The translations under genes and the position numbers were made by a program. Shown piece by piece: positions 37,976-47,620 of a stretch of DNA of 64,000 nt. The DNA is taken from IMG/VR virus record IMGVR_UViG_3300007171_000004, positions 192,001 through 256,000 of that record. One strand, given 5' to 3'. Position 1 is the stretch's first letter. Each line of letters begins with the position of its first letter. The DNA is from a virus (lineage: Duplodnaviria > Caudoviricetes). The notes under the pieces were generated by a model. It ran no database searches and was not told the DNA's origin. It saw only the letters and a program-made list of their open reading frames with translations.

Positions 37976-40900
37976 TCAATCAAATAAATCATCATCAAAA
38001 AGCTTAGAGGATGAATTCAGTTTTCTTTCAACTGGTTTCGATTGTCTTATAATCTTACCATCAGTTTTATCAGTTAGAATTTCCGGTGCTGCAGAAATAA
38101 ATTTCCTTTTAGCATCTCTTAATTTTTGCTTTTCTAATTCATTTCTTTTTTCAACAACATTATCCCAGAATTCTAAGAAACTATCTATATCATAAAACTT
38201 CTGGCCTTGCAACAAACAATCTAAAGCACCATTCTCCGCAAGTGCCTTAACCATTCCACGATTTGGTCGAGCTCTTGCAGCAAAATCTTCTAAATTGTCA
38301 AATGGTTGCAACTTAATAAGATCATCAACTCTTGTTCCAACACCCTTAATTGAAGTTAATGGAAGCATAATATCTCCCTTTGTATTAACTAATGTTGTTG
38401 TTCCAGATTCATTGATAGAAGGTTTAGAAATTTGAATGCCATCTAATGCACATTCTCTCCTATAAATAGCAAGCTTGTCCTCATCATCCTTTTCCACATG
38501 TATTGCTGAAGCCATCCATTCGTTAGGGTAATAGAGTCTAAGCCAAGCATTCCAGTAAGACAGAATAGCGTATGTGCAAGCATGGGATTTGTTAAAAGCA
38601 TAGCCCCCAAACTTTTCCATAAGAGACAAAACTTCATCTACAGCCTTCTCAGGTATTTCTCTTTGAATAGCTTTTGTTCTAAATAAATTACATGCATCAT
38701 CAAAATCTTTCCCTGACTTCTTAGAAATTGCTTTACGTAGTTTGTCCACCTCTAGCCAATTGAAACCAGCCATATCTCTTGCCATTTCCATTGCTTGTTC
38801 CTGGTAAACCATAATTCCATACGTTACAGATAAATGTTTTTCAATAATAGGATGAGCATATTTAATTTCATGAGGTCTAGATTTTCCTTGAGCATAAACA
38901 GGAATATAATCTTTAGGACCTGGGCGAAATAGAGCAACAACAGCAATAAGGTCATTCGTACAAGTAGGGTTGATTATTTTTAACGATTCTTGCATACCTT
39001 TAGAAGCACATTGGAATACTGATGAAGTTTTACCTTTAGCATAAATATTCTTAAAAACCATTGGATCTTCAAGAGGTATTTCATTTAAAGTAAGTTTTTT
39101 CCCATGACGTTCTTCTATCAATTTAAATGCATAATCAATCTGTCTTAAATTTGCCAAGCCAAGATAATCATATTTAACTAGACCAACTCTTTCGCAATGC
39201 TTCCACTCTAATGCAGAACAAATTGTGCCTTTAGAGTTTTCAATAGGAGTAGATTCAGAAATTCTATTCTTAGATATCAATACACCAGCAGCATGAATTC
39301 CAAAATTACTAATAGTGCCAACAAGTTCTTTAGCAGTATCAATTTCTTCTCGCCACACACTGTAATAATATTTAAACTCTGGTGATTCTAAAAGAGCTGA
39401 ATCAATGGTAGTATCGGGCATTTTAGGAATTGTGGCAGTAATTTTTAAAGCTTCTTGATGAACATTTGATCCATACTTGTTATTGAATCTTTCAGAAGTT
39501 TTTAAAGCACTTAATACAGCAGCTTTTGCCTTATAAGTACCCCAAGTTCCAATTTGAGCTACATTTTCCTCACCAAATCTATTCTTAGCCCAGTTAATAA
39601 TCCTATCTCTTTTAGAATCATCAACATCAGTATCTACATCGGGTAGTGGAGCAACTTTGGCGATTTTTAGATCTGCCTCAGGAGCTTGATTTGAAATACC
39701 AGAAGCAAGAGCCACCCATGATTGTGCAATATTGTCTTTAACTTCAATATTGTTATCTATCATCTCGCACATATAAGAAGATAAACCTTGATTCTCTAAA
39801 ACCCATAATTCTTTAGCAATTTCAGGCCCTTTATGTGCAAATTCTGGATGATCAAGAAGCCATTGATCAGTCATCTTTTTAAGTCGCAATGAGGCTAAAG
39901 ATTGATCAGCAATACCATGGTTCTTGATATATTCTTTAGATGAATACTCTTTAAAATCAATTTCATATTGTGTGCCACGACCAGGGTTAAGAAATCTTTC
40001 AAACAATAATCCCCATTTAATCGGGTCCACAGGGCAAACTTCTAGGCAAAAATTCACTAATGATCCAACACCAGATCCACGAATACCAAAAAGAATCTCA
40101 TCACCCTTCATAAATTCAACAAGTTCACGTTGAATTAAAAAGTAATCAGTTACACCCATATGCCAGATTTGCTTTAGTTCATATTTTAATCTATCTCTGT
40201 AAGTTGAATTCTTATCAAGCCCAGCACGTTTTAGCCCAGCAAGAGAAAGATATGCTAAATAAGCTTCATTGTCTTTGTGGTACGGAAGATTCTTAGCCTT
40301 AAAATTATTAAAAGCTTCGTTATTTTTAGGAATAATTGCTGAAGGAAGAAGATGAGGAACATCAATTTTAAAATAATCCTCAATAGAATCAGCTAAGTCC
40401 AATGTGTTATAAAGAGCTTCTGGTTTCTTATTGAAAATCATCATCATTTCATCAAAAGATTTTAAGAAGAATTGACGACTTCCATAGGCTTCTTTCTTAC
40501 CATTCTTTTTAGCTACACCAGAAGAAGCTTCACGAAGGTCTCTCATTTGGATCAAGATATCGTGAAGTTTCCAATCCTTAGCTTCTAAATAGTGAACATC
40601 ATTTGAAGCAACATACTTGACGTTATATTTATCCGCAAGTCTTATGAGTTTTGGGAGATTAGATTTCTGTTCTTCTATTTTATGATACTGAAGTTCTACA
40701 AAGTATCTATCGCCATATAGATTTTTGAATTTACTAACTACATTGTTTGCTTCTTCATCATCTTCTTTAATTAGAGCTTGAGATAGTTCACTAGCAAGAC
40801 AGCCAGATAAAGCAATTACGCCTTCTGAATGCTTTTCAAGAACACTCCAGTCAACTCTTGGAGAATAATAAAATGCATTAGGATCTGCCCCATATTCAGT

Positions 40901-41248
40901 GATTCTAAGGAGATTTTTATATCCAGTTTCATTTTGAGCAAGCAGAGTTAAATGGTTGAGTTTCTGCCTTCTATTGTCTTCAGTTCTGGATTTATCAAAG
41001 CGATCTGGACAAGTGTAAACCTCAATGCCAATGATAGGTTTAATAGTCGGATAATCTACAGAAGTTGTCCTACATCCGTCAACAAAATCACAAACACCAC
41101 CTAATTTGCCATGGTCTGTTATTGCCGTGGCCTTAAAACCCATTTCACGAGCTTTTATTGCATAAGCTTGAGGAGATGGCAAAGCATCTTGAATTGAAAA
41201 GTGAGTATGGGCATGTAAATGAACAAAATCTTGTTTACTGTTACACAT
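37976..41248 (-). CDS. dnaE: DNA polymerase III alpha subunit (family C)
   Basis: PHP domain HLHAHTHFS, RGSGVGSL, FERFLNP, PDVDTD catalytic motif, GIHAAGV, KYDYLG, YAFNKSH, HhH IKGVG. Confidence 0.96.
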   Translation of the reverse strand: MCNSKQDFVHLHAHTHFSIQDALPSPQAYAIKAREMGFKATAITDHGKLGGVCDFVDGCRTTSVDYPTIKPIIGIEVYTCPDRFDKSRTEDNRRQKLNHLTLLAQNETGYKNLLRITEYGADPNAFYYSPRVDWSVLEKHSEGVIALSGCLASELSQALIKEDDEEANNVVSKFKNLYGDRYFVELQYHKIEEQKSNLPKLIRLADKYNVKYVASNDVHYLEAKDWKLHDILIQMRDLREASSGVAKKNGKKEAYGSRQFFLKSFDEMMMIFNKKPEALYNTLDLADSIEDYFKIDVPHLLPSAIIPKNNEAFNNFKAKNLPYHKDNEAYLAYLSLAGLKRAGLDKNSTYRDRLKYELKQIWHMGVTDYFLIQRELVEFMKGDEILFGIRGSGVGSLVNFCLEVCPVDPIKWGLLFERFLNPGRGTQYEIDFKEYSSKEYIKNHGIADQSLASLRLKKMTDQWLLDHPEFAHKGPEIAKELWVLENQGLSSYMCEMIDNNIEVKDNIAQSWVALASGISNQAPEADLKIAKVAPLPDVDTDVDDSKRDRIINWAKNRFGEENVAQIGTWGTYKAKAAVLSALKTSERFNNKYGSNVHQEALKITATIPKMPDTTIDSALLESPEFKYYYSVWREEIDTAKELVGTISNFGIHAAGVLISKNRISESTPIENSKGTICSALEWKHCERVGLVKYDYLGLANLRQIDYAFKLIEERHGKKLTLNEIPLEDPMVFKNIYAKGKTSSVFQCASKGMQESLKIINPTCTNDLIAVVALFRPGPKDYIPVYAQGKSRPHEIKYAHPIIEKHLSVTYGIMVYQEQAMEMARDMAGFNWLEVDKLRKAISKKSGKDFDDACNLFRTKAIQREIPEKAVDEVLSLMEKFGGYAFNKSHACTYAILSYWNAWLRLYYPNEWMASAIHVEKDDEDKLAIYRRECALDGIQISKPSINESGTTTLVNTKGDIMLPLTSIKGVGTRVDDLIKLQPFDNLEDFAARARPNRGMVKALAENGALDCLLQGQKFYDIDSFLEFWDNVVEKRNELEKQKLRDAKRKFISAAPEILTDKTDGKIIRQSKPVERKLNSSSKLFDDDLFD

Positions 41249-41309
41249 TATAAATTCCTTAGAGCGCCGTCAAAGACAGTCATACACTCATGATTAGTAT
41301 AGAGATAGT

Positions 41310-42050
41310 TTACTTAATTGTCAAGCTAAAATTTGGATTAAGCTTTTTCAATTCTTTTGGTCTAGTTTTAAGAGGTAAACGATATGCCTCTAAAAATTGA
41401 TAAGAATTTGGCAGTTGAGTAATAAGATTGCTGCCAGATAAATATGTTGCTTTATTTTCTGACCTTAGTGCTTGGTATGCTTCAGAAATAGGCTCAATTT
41501 TAATGTTTTTGAGTACTTTAACATGGGGACAATCTCTTAGTGCATTTCTTACAGTAGATTCAGATTGGCCTGTATTTTCACATAAAGATTTGATACTAAT
41601 AGGCCTCTCATCAACATATCTAGACGCAATAAGGCTGATCATAATATTCTTTACATCTTTAGTATTTTTGTAACCATGAGAATCAAACAGGTTTATAGGA
41701 ATTACAAATGGCTCAGATCTATTAATATTAAATTCAATTTTAAGACAAACTTTTTTCAAAGAAATTATATAAAATAGCTTTCTGTCTTTTTTAGATCTAT
41801 TCCAAAAAACATCTTCGCCTTTTTCGATTAGCTTGTAAATATGAGTAGATTGTAAGCCCAAATAATCTGCAGTTAAACTTTTTAATGTGCTAATATGAAA
41901 TTGGCCAGATGAAATGTCCATATTCCTTAGCATAGTCCATAATAGAAATTGAGATGTTAAATCAATCTTTATGAAATGAGAAACTAATTCAGGATTAAAG
42001 ATTAAATTATCAGTCTTGAATTTTTGACCAGATGTGAGATAGTTTTTCAA
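41310..42050 (-). CDS. Hypothetical protein with possible HTH motifs
   Basis: SIKSLCENTGQSESTVRNAL is HTH-like; located in the replication cluster. Confidence 0.6.
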   Translation of the reverse strand: MKNYLTSGQKFKTDNLIFNPELVSHFIKIDLTSQFLLWTMLRNMDISSGQFHISTLKSLTADYLGLQSTHIYKLIEKGEDVFWNRSKKDRKLFYIISLKKVCLKIEFNINRSEPFVIPINLFDSHGYKNTKDVKNIMISLIASRYVDERPISIKSLCENTGQSESTVRNALRDCPHVKVLKNIKIEPISEAYQALRSENKATYLSGSNLITQLPNSYQFLEAYRLPLKTRPKELKKLNPNFSLTIK

Positions 42051-42240
42051 TTTCTTTTTCTGCTCCCTGACGAACTAAATATGCAATAATTTCTTCTTCA
42101 CTATAATCTTTAAATACACTTGAAAGAAGAGTTTTAGCAAAATGAAATCTATGAGCTGATTTGCCTTTGAGTCTGATATTCATTTCAATATAGTCAGGTG
42201 GATTTTTGTATGCTTCTTTTATCTCATCAATATTTGGCAT
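42010..42240 (-). CDS. Small hypothetical protein, possible ribbon-helix-helix
   Basis: MNIRL strand followed by two helices; start uncertain (42240 or 42294). Confidence 0.5.
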   Translation of the reverse strand: MPNIDEIKEAYKNPPDYIEMNIRLKGKSAHRFHFAKTLLSSVFKDYSEEEIIAYLVRQGAEKEIEKLSHIWSKIQD

Positions 42241-42250
42241 TTGAATATTA

Positions 42251-42856
42251 TTATCCCATATGTCTTTTTGCATGTTCTTTAACTTTATCTCCAATTTTAT
42301 TCCATATCAAATTAAGTTTATTTGTGTCATTAATATTATATGCATCATCTACATCTAAATATACCCTTTCAAAAAAATCATCTAAAAAGGGATATTTGCT
42401 TTGATATTTATGAATTCTATCAGTTATAGCAAAAAGATATGTATTTTTATTTAAACCACCAATTAATCCACTAGTAAAGCTTCTATTCAAATAATCGTTG
42501 ATAGTACTTTTAATTTTATTTACTGTCAATGACATCTCATATTCTTCAGCTTGTGCAGAAACGCCAGCACAAATTGAAAGCTTTTGTATTGCAGCTGGAA
42601 AAGAGATAGATTCAATCTTTTGAACTAAATTAATTAAATTTCCAGTCTCACCACATCCAAAACAATTAAAATAATCAGATTCAAGATTATAACCAAAAGA
42701 TGGAGACCTGTCGTTATGATCTGGAAAAGGGCATGAACAATTAAGCCAGTTATTTCCAGACTCAACAAATTCTAAATCGTATTCATTTTCTAAAAAAGCC
42801 CTAGAGTCTAGAGCTTTTAGTATTTCTTTAATGTATTCTTGAGAGTATTGAATCAT
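42251..42856 (-). CDS. Stand-alone primase CHC2 zinc-binding domain with helical C-terminal extension
   Basis: CPFPDHNDRSPSF...FNCFGCGETGNLINLVQKIESISFPAAIQKL; directly downstream of dnaB. Confidence 0.88.
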   Translation of the reverse strand: MIQYSQEYIKEILKALDSRAFLENEYDLEFVESGNNWLNCSCPFPDHNDRSPSFGYNLESDYFNCFGCGETGNLINLVQKIESISFPAAIQKLSICAGVSAQAEEYEMSLTVNKIKSTINDYLNRSFTSGLIGGLNKNTYLFAITDRIHKYQSKYPFLDDFFERVYLDVDDAYNINDTNKLNLIWNKIGDKVKEHAKRHMG

Positions 42857-44406
42857 TATAATTTCCAGCCAGATAAATCCATTGTATCGATAATAGAAGA
42901 TGTGTCAAGAGGAGCAAAGTCATCATCATCTTCATCTTTTGAACTTCCTATAATATTAGTTGCTTTAATTTCAGCAGTTGGTTTATCAGTTTTTTGCCCA
43001 TTAGATAGATCATGAAAAGCCATAATAGTTTCTTTCTCTCGTTCATCCATTTCTCTGATTTTATTATATTCTGGATCTAAAGAAATAGGGAATGGGAAGA
43101 AATATGCATCTCTCATTTTGACAGGATGGACAATACAATAATTCTTTTCACGATTGGGTTCAATGGCTACAGCATAGGTACAAAGGTGCAAAAGAGCTTG
43201 TCCTCCAGATGCAGCAGCCTGATCGTAAGACATGAATTTCTTATTTTCTTTTTGCTTTCTTGCATCACGAATTGTTTCTCTATTAATCTGTTGTGCTGTA
43301 ATGACTGGAATACTATATCGCTTTGCCATCTTAAATAATTCATTAACAGCCTTAGTTTGATTTTCCCAATCCTTGGAGCCATTAGGAGCATTTCTGACAG
43401 TCATATTTCCAATATAGTCAACAACAAGAAGATCTGGCTTGCCCTTGGTTTTTATAAGCTCTTTGATTCTAGAGTCAATATATTCTGGAGTAGGATCTTC
43501 CATGTTAACATCGTATTCAAAATATGGGCCATCTTTCATAGATTTTAGGCCATTTAATACTTTCTTTAGTTCTGCTGCATCAAGTTGTTGGTCTTTAACT
43601 TGTGCATAAGGAATTTCAAACTTCAATGAAATGTGCCTAAGTAAACAAAGCCAAGAATTCATTTCAAAGGACATGTACAGAACATTTTTCTTAGCAACTT
43701 CATTTGCATGTAAAGCTGCATTGAGCATAAATACACTCTTACCACCAGAAGATGGAGCCAAGAATACAATAATCTGTCCTGGAAGAAATCCAAAAGTTTT
43801 AGAATCAAGCTCTTTAATTCCACAAGTTATGCCCTTATATAACTCAGGGTTTTCAATTCTCTTTGTATATTCTTTTTCAAAATATTCTGAAGAATCAGCA
43901 ATATCCAAAGTATGGGCTTCTCCACCTCTGTCATGAAGTTCTTTATCTAATTGTTCGACTACTTCTGTAATTGATTTATAAGTTTCATCAAGATTCTTAC
44001 TTACAAGATTATTATGAGTATCATCCATAAGTTGTTTGATGATACGTAAAGCTTGTCGTTTTTTAAGTTCTTCAATTAATTGAGGAAGATCATCAGGATT
44101 AACGTCACAATCATTAATCTCAGACCACAAAAGCATGAATTTAGTGCGTTCAGCTTCACTAACTCCGCTAGAATTTAATTTATGCTGAAATACAAAATCA
44201 GTGTAAGAAGAAACATCATTCTTCTTATAATATGCACAAATCATATTATAAATAGCTCTTACAAATGATTTGTTACTTTCGACATCCATAGAATAGAAAT
44301 GCTTACTTGTAATTGCTTTTTCATTAAATTTATCATAAGTCTTAACGGTAGACTTCAGGTGTGCTAATGCTAGGATTTCAAGTTCAAGTTGGTCAAATTT
44401 ATTCAT
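42856..44406 (-). CDS. dnaB: Replicative DnaB-like helicase
   Basis: TCGIKELD, LAPSSGGKS, YMSFEM, LVVDYI, PVITAQQINR; likely start 44406 (ATGA overlap). Confidence 0.9.
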   Translation of the reverse strand: MNKFDQLELEILALAHLKSTVKTYDKFNEKAITSKHFYSMDVESNKSFVRAIYNMICAYYKKNDVSSYTDFVFQHKLNSSGVSEAERTKFMLLWSEINDCDVNPDDLPQLIEELKKRQALRIIKQLMDDTHNNLVSKNLDETYKSITEVVEQLDKELHDRGGEAHTLDIADSSEYFEKEYTKRIENPELYKGITCGIKELDSKTFGFLPGQIIVFLAPSSGGKSVFMLNAALHANEVAKKNVLYMSFEMNSWLCLLRHISLKFEIPYAQVKDQQLDAAELKKVLNGLKSMKDGPYFEYDVNMEDPTPEYIDSRIKELIKTKGKPDLLVVDYIGNMTVRNAPNGSKDWENQTKAVNELFKMAKRYSIPVITAQQINRETIRDARKQKENKKFMSYDQAAASGGQALLHLCTYAVAIEPNREKNYCIVHPVKMRDAYFFPFPISLDPEYNKIREMDEREKETIMAFHDLSNGQKTDKPTAEIKATNIIGSSKDEDDDDFAPLDTSSIIDTMDLSGWKL

Positions 44407-45203
44407 TTTTGTACGCTCGGCAATTTTATGTTCAAACATTCTTCTAACAGCGAAGTCCATCCAGATACTTTTGAAATCTGGTCATGAGTTCCATTAGATG
44501 AAATTACAGTAGGATATCCAGAATTTAATCTAGCTTTACATATTCTATCCAAAGATTGATTAAAGAATGGATTGTTGTTTGAAATATGTTCTACTCCATC
44601 AATACATACTAACTCATAATTAGCAAAAATATCTTTAACCTCATCAATTTCAGATCTATTGTCAAAATCAGACATAAGACTAACTAAGTCAGACCATTCA
44701 TAGTACATTGTTGTCAAAGATTGATTGATAGCTGATTGTGCAATTACAGAATTAATAAAAGATTTTCCTGAACCTTGATTGCCAGTAAATAAAATAGAAT
44801 GAAGTTTGCTTTTTACATTGCCATCATGTTGTAAATAGATACTCTTGCCTTGAACAATAACTGATAAATTAGACGAATAAAATTTAACTAACTTCTTGAT
44901 ATTTGTACTTGTTATTTGTTGAGATCCTAATGAATTGCCACTAGAATCAGCATGAATATTCCAGTCTTCTATAGTTTTGTGCCAATATTTTCTAGGCAAG
45001 TTTGATTTGATGTAAATTTCTTTAAGCATCTTAGATTTAGCACAAGAGCATACAATAACTTGACCATCTGAATTAAGAGCATATCCACGGTAGCTGCATT
45101 CAACACAGCCCTTACCAGTTTTTTTACGTTCTTCTAAAGCTCTTGAATCAATTGAATCAACATCAACACCTAAAGATTTCAGAAAATTGGAATTAGCACT
45201 CAT
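44403..45203 (-). CDS. DnaC/IstB-like helicase-loader ATPase with N-terminal Zn finger
   Basis: CVECSYRGY...CSC, GNQGSGKS, VCIDGV, R..SGYPTVISSN; coupled to dnaB. Confidence 0.75.
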   Translation of the reverse strand: MSANSNFLKSLGVDVDSIDSRALEERKKTGKGCVECSYRGYALNSDGQVIVCSCAKSKMLKEIYIKSNLPRKYWHKTIEDWNIHADSSGNSLGSQQITSTNIKKLVKFYSSNLSVIVQGKSIYLQHDGNVKSKLHSILFTGNQGSGKSFINSVIAQSAINQSLTTMYYEWSDLVSLMSDFDNRSEIDEVKDIFANYELVCIDGVEHISNNNPFFNQSLDRICKARLNSGYPTVISSNGTHDQISKVSGWTSLLEECLNIKLPSVQK

Positions 45204-45218
45204 GCATCTATTGTACCG

Positions 45219-46781
45219 TTAGAATTTCTGTGATGCATTCCTTGCTCTATTATTTGCCCATTTTCTTAAGGCATTTATTGATTCAGCCATAGTTTTGGAC
45301 AAAGGAACAGTTTCTTTGATAGCTTTTTCTAAATCACTATTATTTATTTCTCTAGAATAATAAAATGCTTCATACATAGCAGATACAATAGAAGCTTCAA
45401 TCTCAGCGCCAGTGAATCCATCAGTTTTTTCAACTAATCTAACAACATCGAAATTTTTTGGGTCTCTATTTCGTTTTTTAAGATGAATTTCAAAAATAAC
45501 TTGTCTTTCGTATGCATCAGGAAGATCTACAAAGAATATTTCGTCGAATCTACCCTTGCGTAAAAGTTCAGGAGGTAATTGAGAAACATCATTGGCAGTA
45601 GCAACAACAAATACAGGACTTTTCTTTTCTTGCATCCATGTTAGCCAAGATCCCATAACTCTTGAAGTTGTTCCACCATCAGTCATAGAAGAGCTTGAAG
45701 TGCCTGACATTCCCTTGTCAATTTCATCACACCATAAAATAGCTGGCGCAACACTTTCTGCAACTTTAAAAACTTGTCTCATGTTGCTTTCAGAGGAGCC
45801 TACTAGACCAGAAAAGATTTTGCCCATATCCAATCTTAGTAGGGGAAAATTCCAATAGTTTGCAACAGCCTTGGCACATAATGATTTACCAGCTCCCTGA
45901 ACTCCAACTAATAATATGCCCTTAGGATTTTCAGGTAAGCCAAATTCTACTGCTTCTTGTGTAAATGCTCGTTTTCTTGTATTAAGCCAGTTTTTGAGCT
46001 CATCTAAACCACCAACTGAATCTAAATCTGCATTTACATCAATCCAATCTAACAACCCTGACTTCCTAATAATATCTTTCTTTTGTTTGATAATTTCTTC
46101 AGGATTTAATTCATTGTTTTTGATAAAATTGTATGCACAAACTTGCTCACACTCAGTTAAAGTTAGTCCCTGAAATGAATCTACAATTTTCTCAAGTTCT
46201 TCTTTTGAATAATCTAATTTTAATTTTGTACTTTTTCTGGACTTAAGAGTTTCTAACATTTGTAGAATTTTTTCATTCAAATGTTCTTTTTCAGGAAGTG
46301 GCCAATCAATAATAGCTACATTTTTTTCTAATTCTTGTGGTAATTCAAGTTCAGGAGAAAGAATTATAAGAGCTTTATTCTTAGTGATGCAATTTATAGA
46401 TAGATTTCTCAAATGTCTTGTCAGAGAAATTTCAATTTGACCTTGTATAGATTTTAGACCAAAAAATTTATTAAAATCTTTCAATATTAAAATAAAAAAC
46501 TTATCTCTGGGAACTTCAAGATCATCGAACCATTGTAAAATTTCTACCTGATCCATTTTTCTTTGAGCTTTGTCAGGCAATAATTCATCTGAAGTTCCTG
46601 ATAAACCGCTAATAATATCCCAGAATCCAATATTAAATTCCATAGTTGCGTTTTTGAATAGATTCTTAATTGATTCTATCACTCGCATTTCTTCATGGGA
46701 TATTAAATAAATGATTGGCCTCTTAGATCTAAGATGCCAATCAAGTTCTTTCAATGCAATGTCGTGGTTAGAGTTATTCAT
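45219..46781 (-). CDS. Ycf46-type AAA+ ATPase
   Basis: Degenerate N-terminal AAA domain; SVGGLDELK.WL, GVQGAGKS, RLDMG, WCDEIDK, ATAN...LPPELLRKGRFDEIFFVDLP. Confidence 0.88.
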   Translation of the reverse strand: MNNSNHDIALKELDWHLRSKRPIIYLISHEEMRVIESIKNLFKNATMEFNIGFWDIISGLSGTSDELLPDKAQRKMDQVEILQWFDDLEVPRDKFFILILKDFNKFFGLKSIQGQIEISLTRHLRNLSINCITKNKALIILSPELELPQELEKNVAIIDWPLPEKEHLNEKILQMLETLKSRKSTKLKLDYSKEELEKIVDSFQGLTLTECEQVCAYNFIKNNELNPEEIIKQKKDIIRKSGLLDWIDVNADLDSVGGLDELKNWLNTRKRAFTQEAVEFGLPENPKGILLVGVQGAGKSLCAKAVANYWNFPLLRLDMGKIFSGLVGSSESNMRQVFKVAESVAPAILWCDEIDKGMSGTSSSSMTDGGTTSRVMGSWLTWMQEKKSPVFVVATANDVSQLPPELLRKGRFDEIFFVDLPDAYERQVIFEIHLKKRNRDPKNFDVVRLVEKTDGFTGAEIEASIVSAMYEAFYYSREINNSDLEKAIKETVPLSKTMAESINALRKWANNRARNASQKF

Positions 46782-47620
46782 AATTTGGTTAGCCTATTAT
46801 ATTCTTTTAGTGGCTTACCCTTATAATCCTCATCTCTCCACCATTTTTCATTATAATAGTCTTTGCAATATTTAGATAAAGACACTCTCCAGTCAAGCAT
46901 AGAAAAATTATCTGAATATGGAGAACGGAGAATTGATCTTTGGAATATTTGAGAAACCCTTAATTGAGATTGTATATCGCCTTGTCTAAGCTTTTCAATA
47001 TATGCAATTAGACCTTTAAATACAACATCATAAGAAACTCCCTTATACTGAACGAAATATGTTGCAGCTACGGGAATTCCAAATCTTGCAAAAATTTCAC
47101 TAACCTTGCCTTCTCGATCTGCTTCCTGAATCTCATCTAAAATATTCTCTTCTTGATGTGATCTGTCTATTTTATTATCTTCAACTTGTGGCAAAATTTC
47201 TTCTTGAAAAAAGTAATTAATCATTTTAAAGACAGCATTAGAATCAATAAATGAAGTATGTTTTAGAACTTCATCTGTGTTTTCAAATACCCAGTCGATT
47301 AATTTTTTAGTATAAATTCGTTTATTGACACCATTTGAAGCCATAAATCTCATGATATCGTTGAAAACTTTACCATCAGATCCATAGACTTTTCGGTATT
47401 TATTATTAAACTTCTTATAATACTCCAAAGAAAAATAGTCAACAAATGTTCTTGCAGTCCAATCTTTAACATCATGGGCAAGAAGATTTGGGGTTAATCT
47501 CTTATCTTCAGTTGATATTTTTCTAGTTCTTGTGATTTTGAAAGGGTTTGATAAACTTTCTTTTTCAGGAACAGGTGTAGCCATTATCTCTTTAACCATT
47601 TCTAACAATTCATCGCTCAT
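46778..47620 (-). CDS. Hypothetical protein, possible replication initiator/origin-binding
   Basis: About 280 aa, upstream of the AAA-dnaC-dnaB genes; the function is inferred from context only. Confidence 0.6.
   Translation of the reverse strand: MSDELLEMVKEIMATPVPEKESLSNPFKITRTRKISTEDKRLTPNLLAHDVKDWTARTFVDYFSLEYYKKFNNKYRKVYGSDGKVFNDIMRFMASNGVNKRIYTKKLIDWVFENTDEVLKHTSFIDSNAVFKMINYFFQEEILPQVEDNKIDRSHQEENILDEIQEADREGKVSEIFARFGIPVAATYFVQYKGVSYDVVFKGLIAYIEKLRQGDIQSQLRVSQIFQRSILRSPYSDNFSMLDWRVSLSKYCKDYYNEKWWRDEDYKGKPLKEYNRLTKL

Noticed and set aside
39650-39975. DnaE insertion as an intein or intron
   Set aside because: No splice-junction motifs, the frame is open, and the length and composition fit a folded helical domain.
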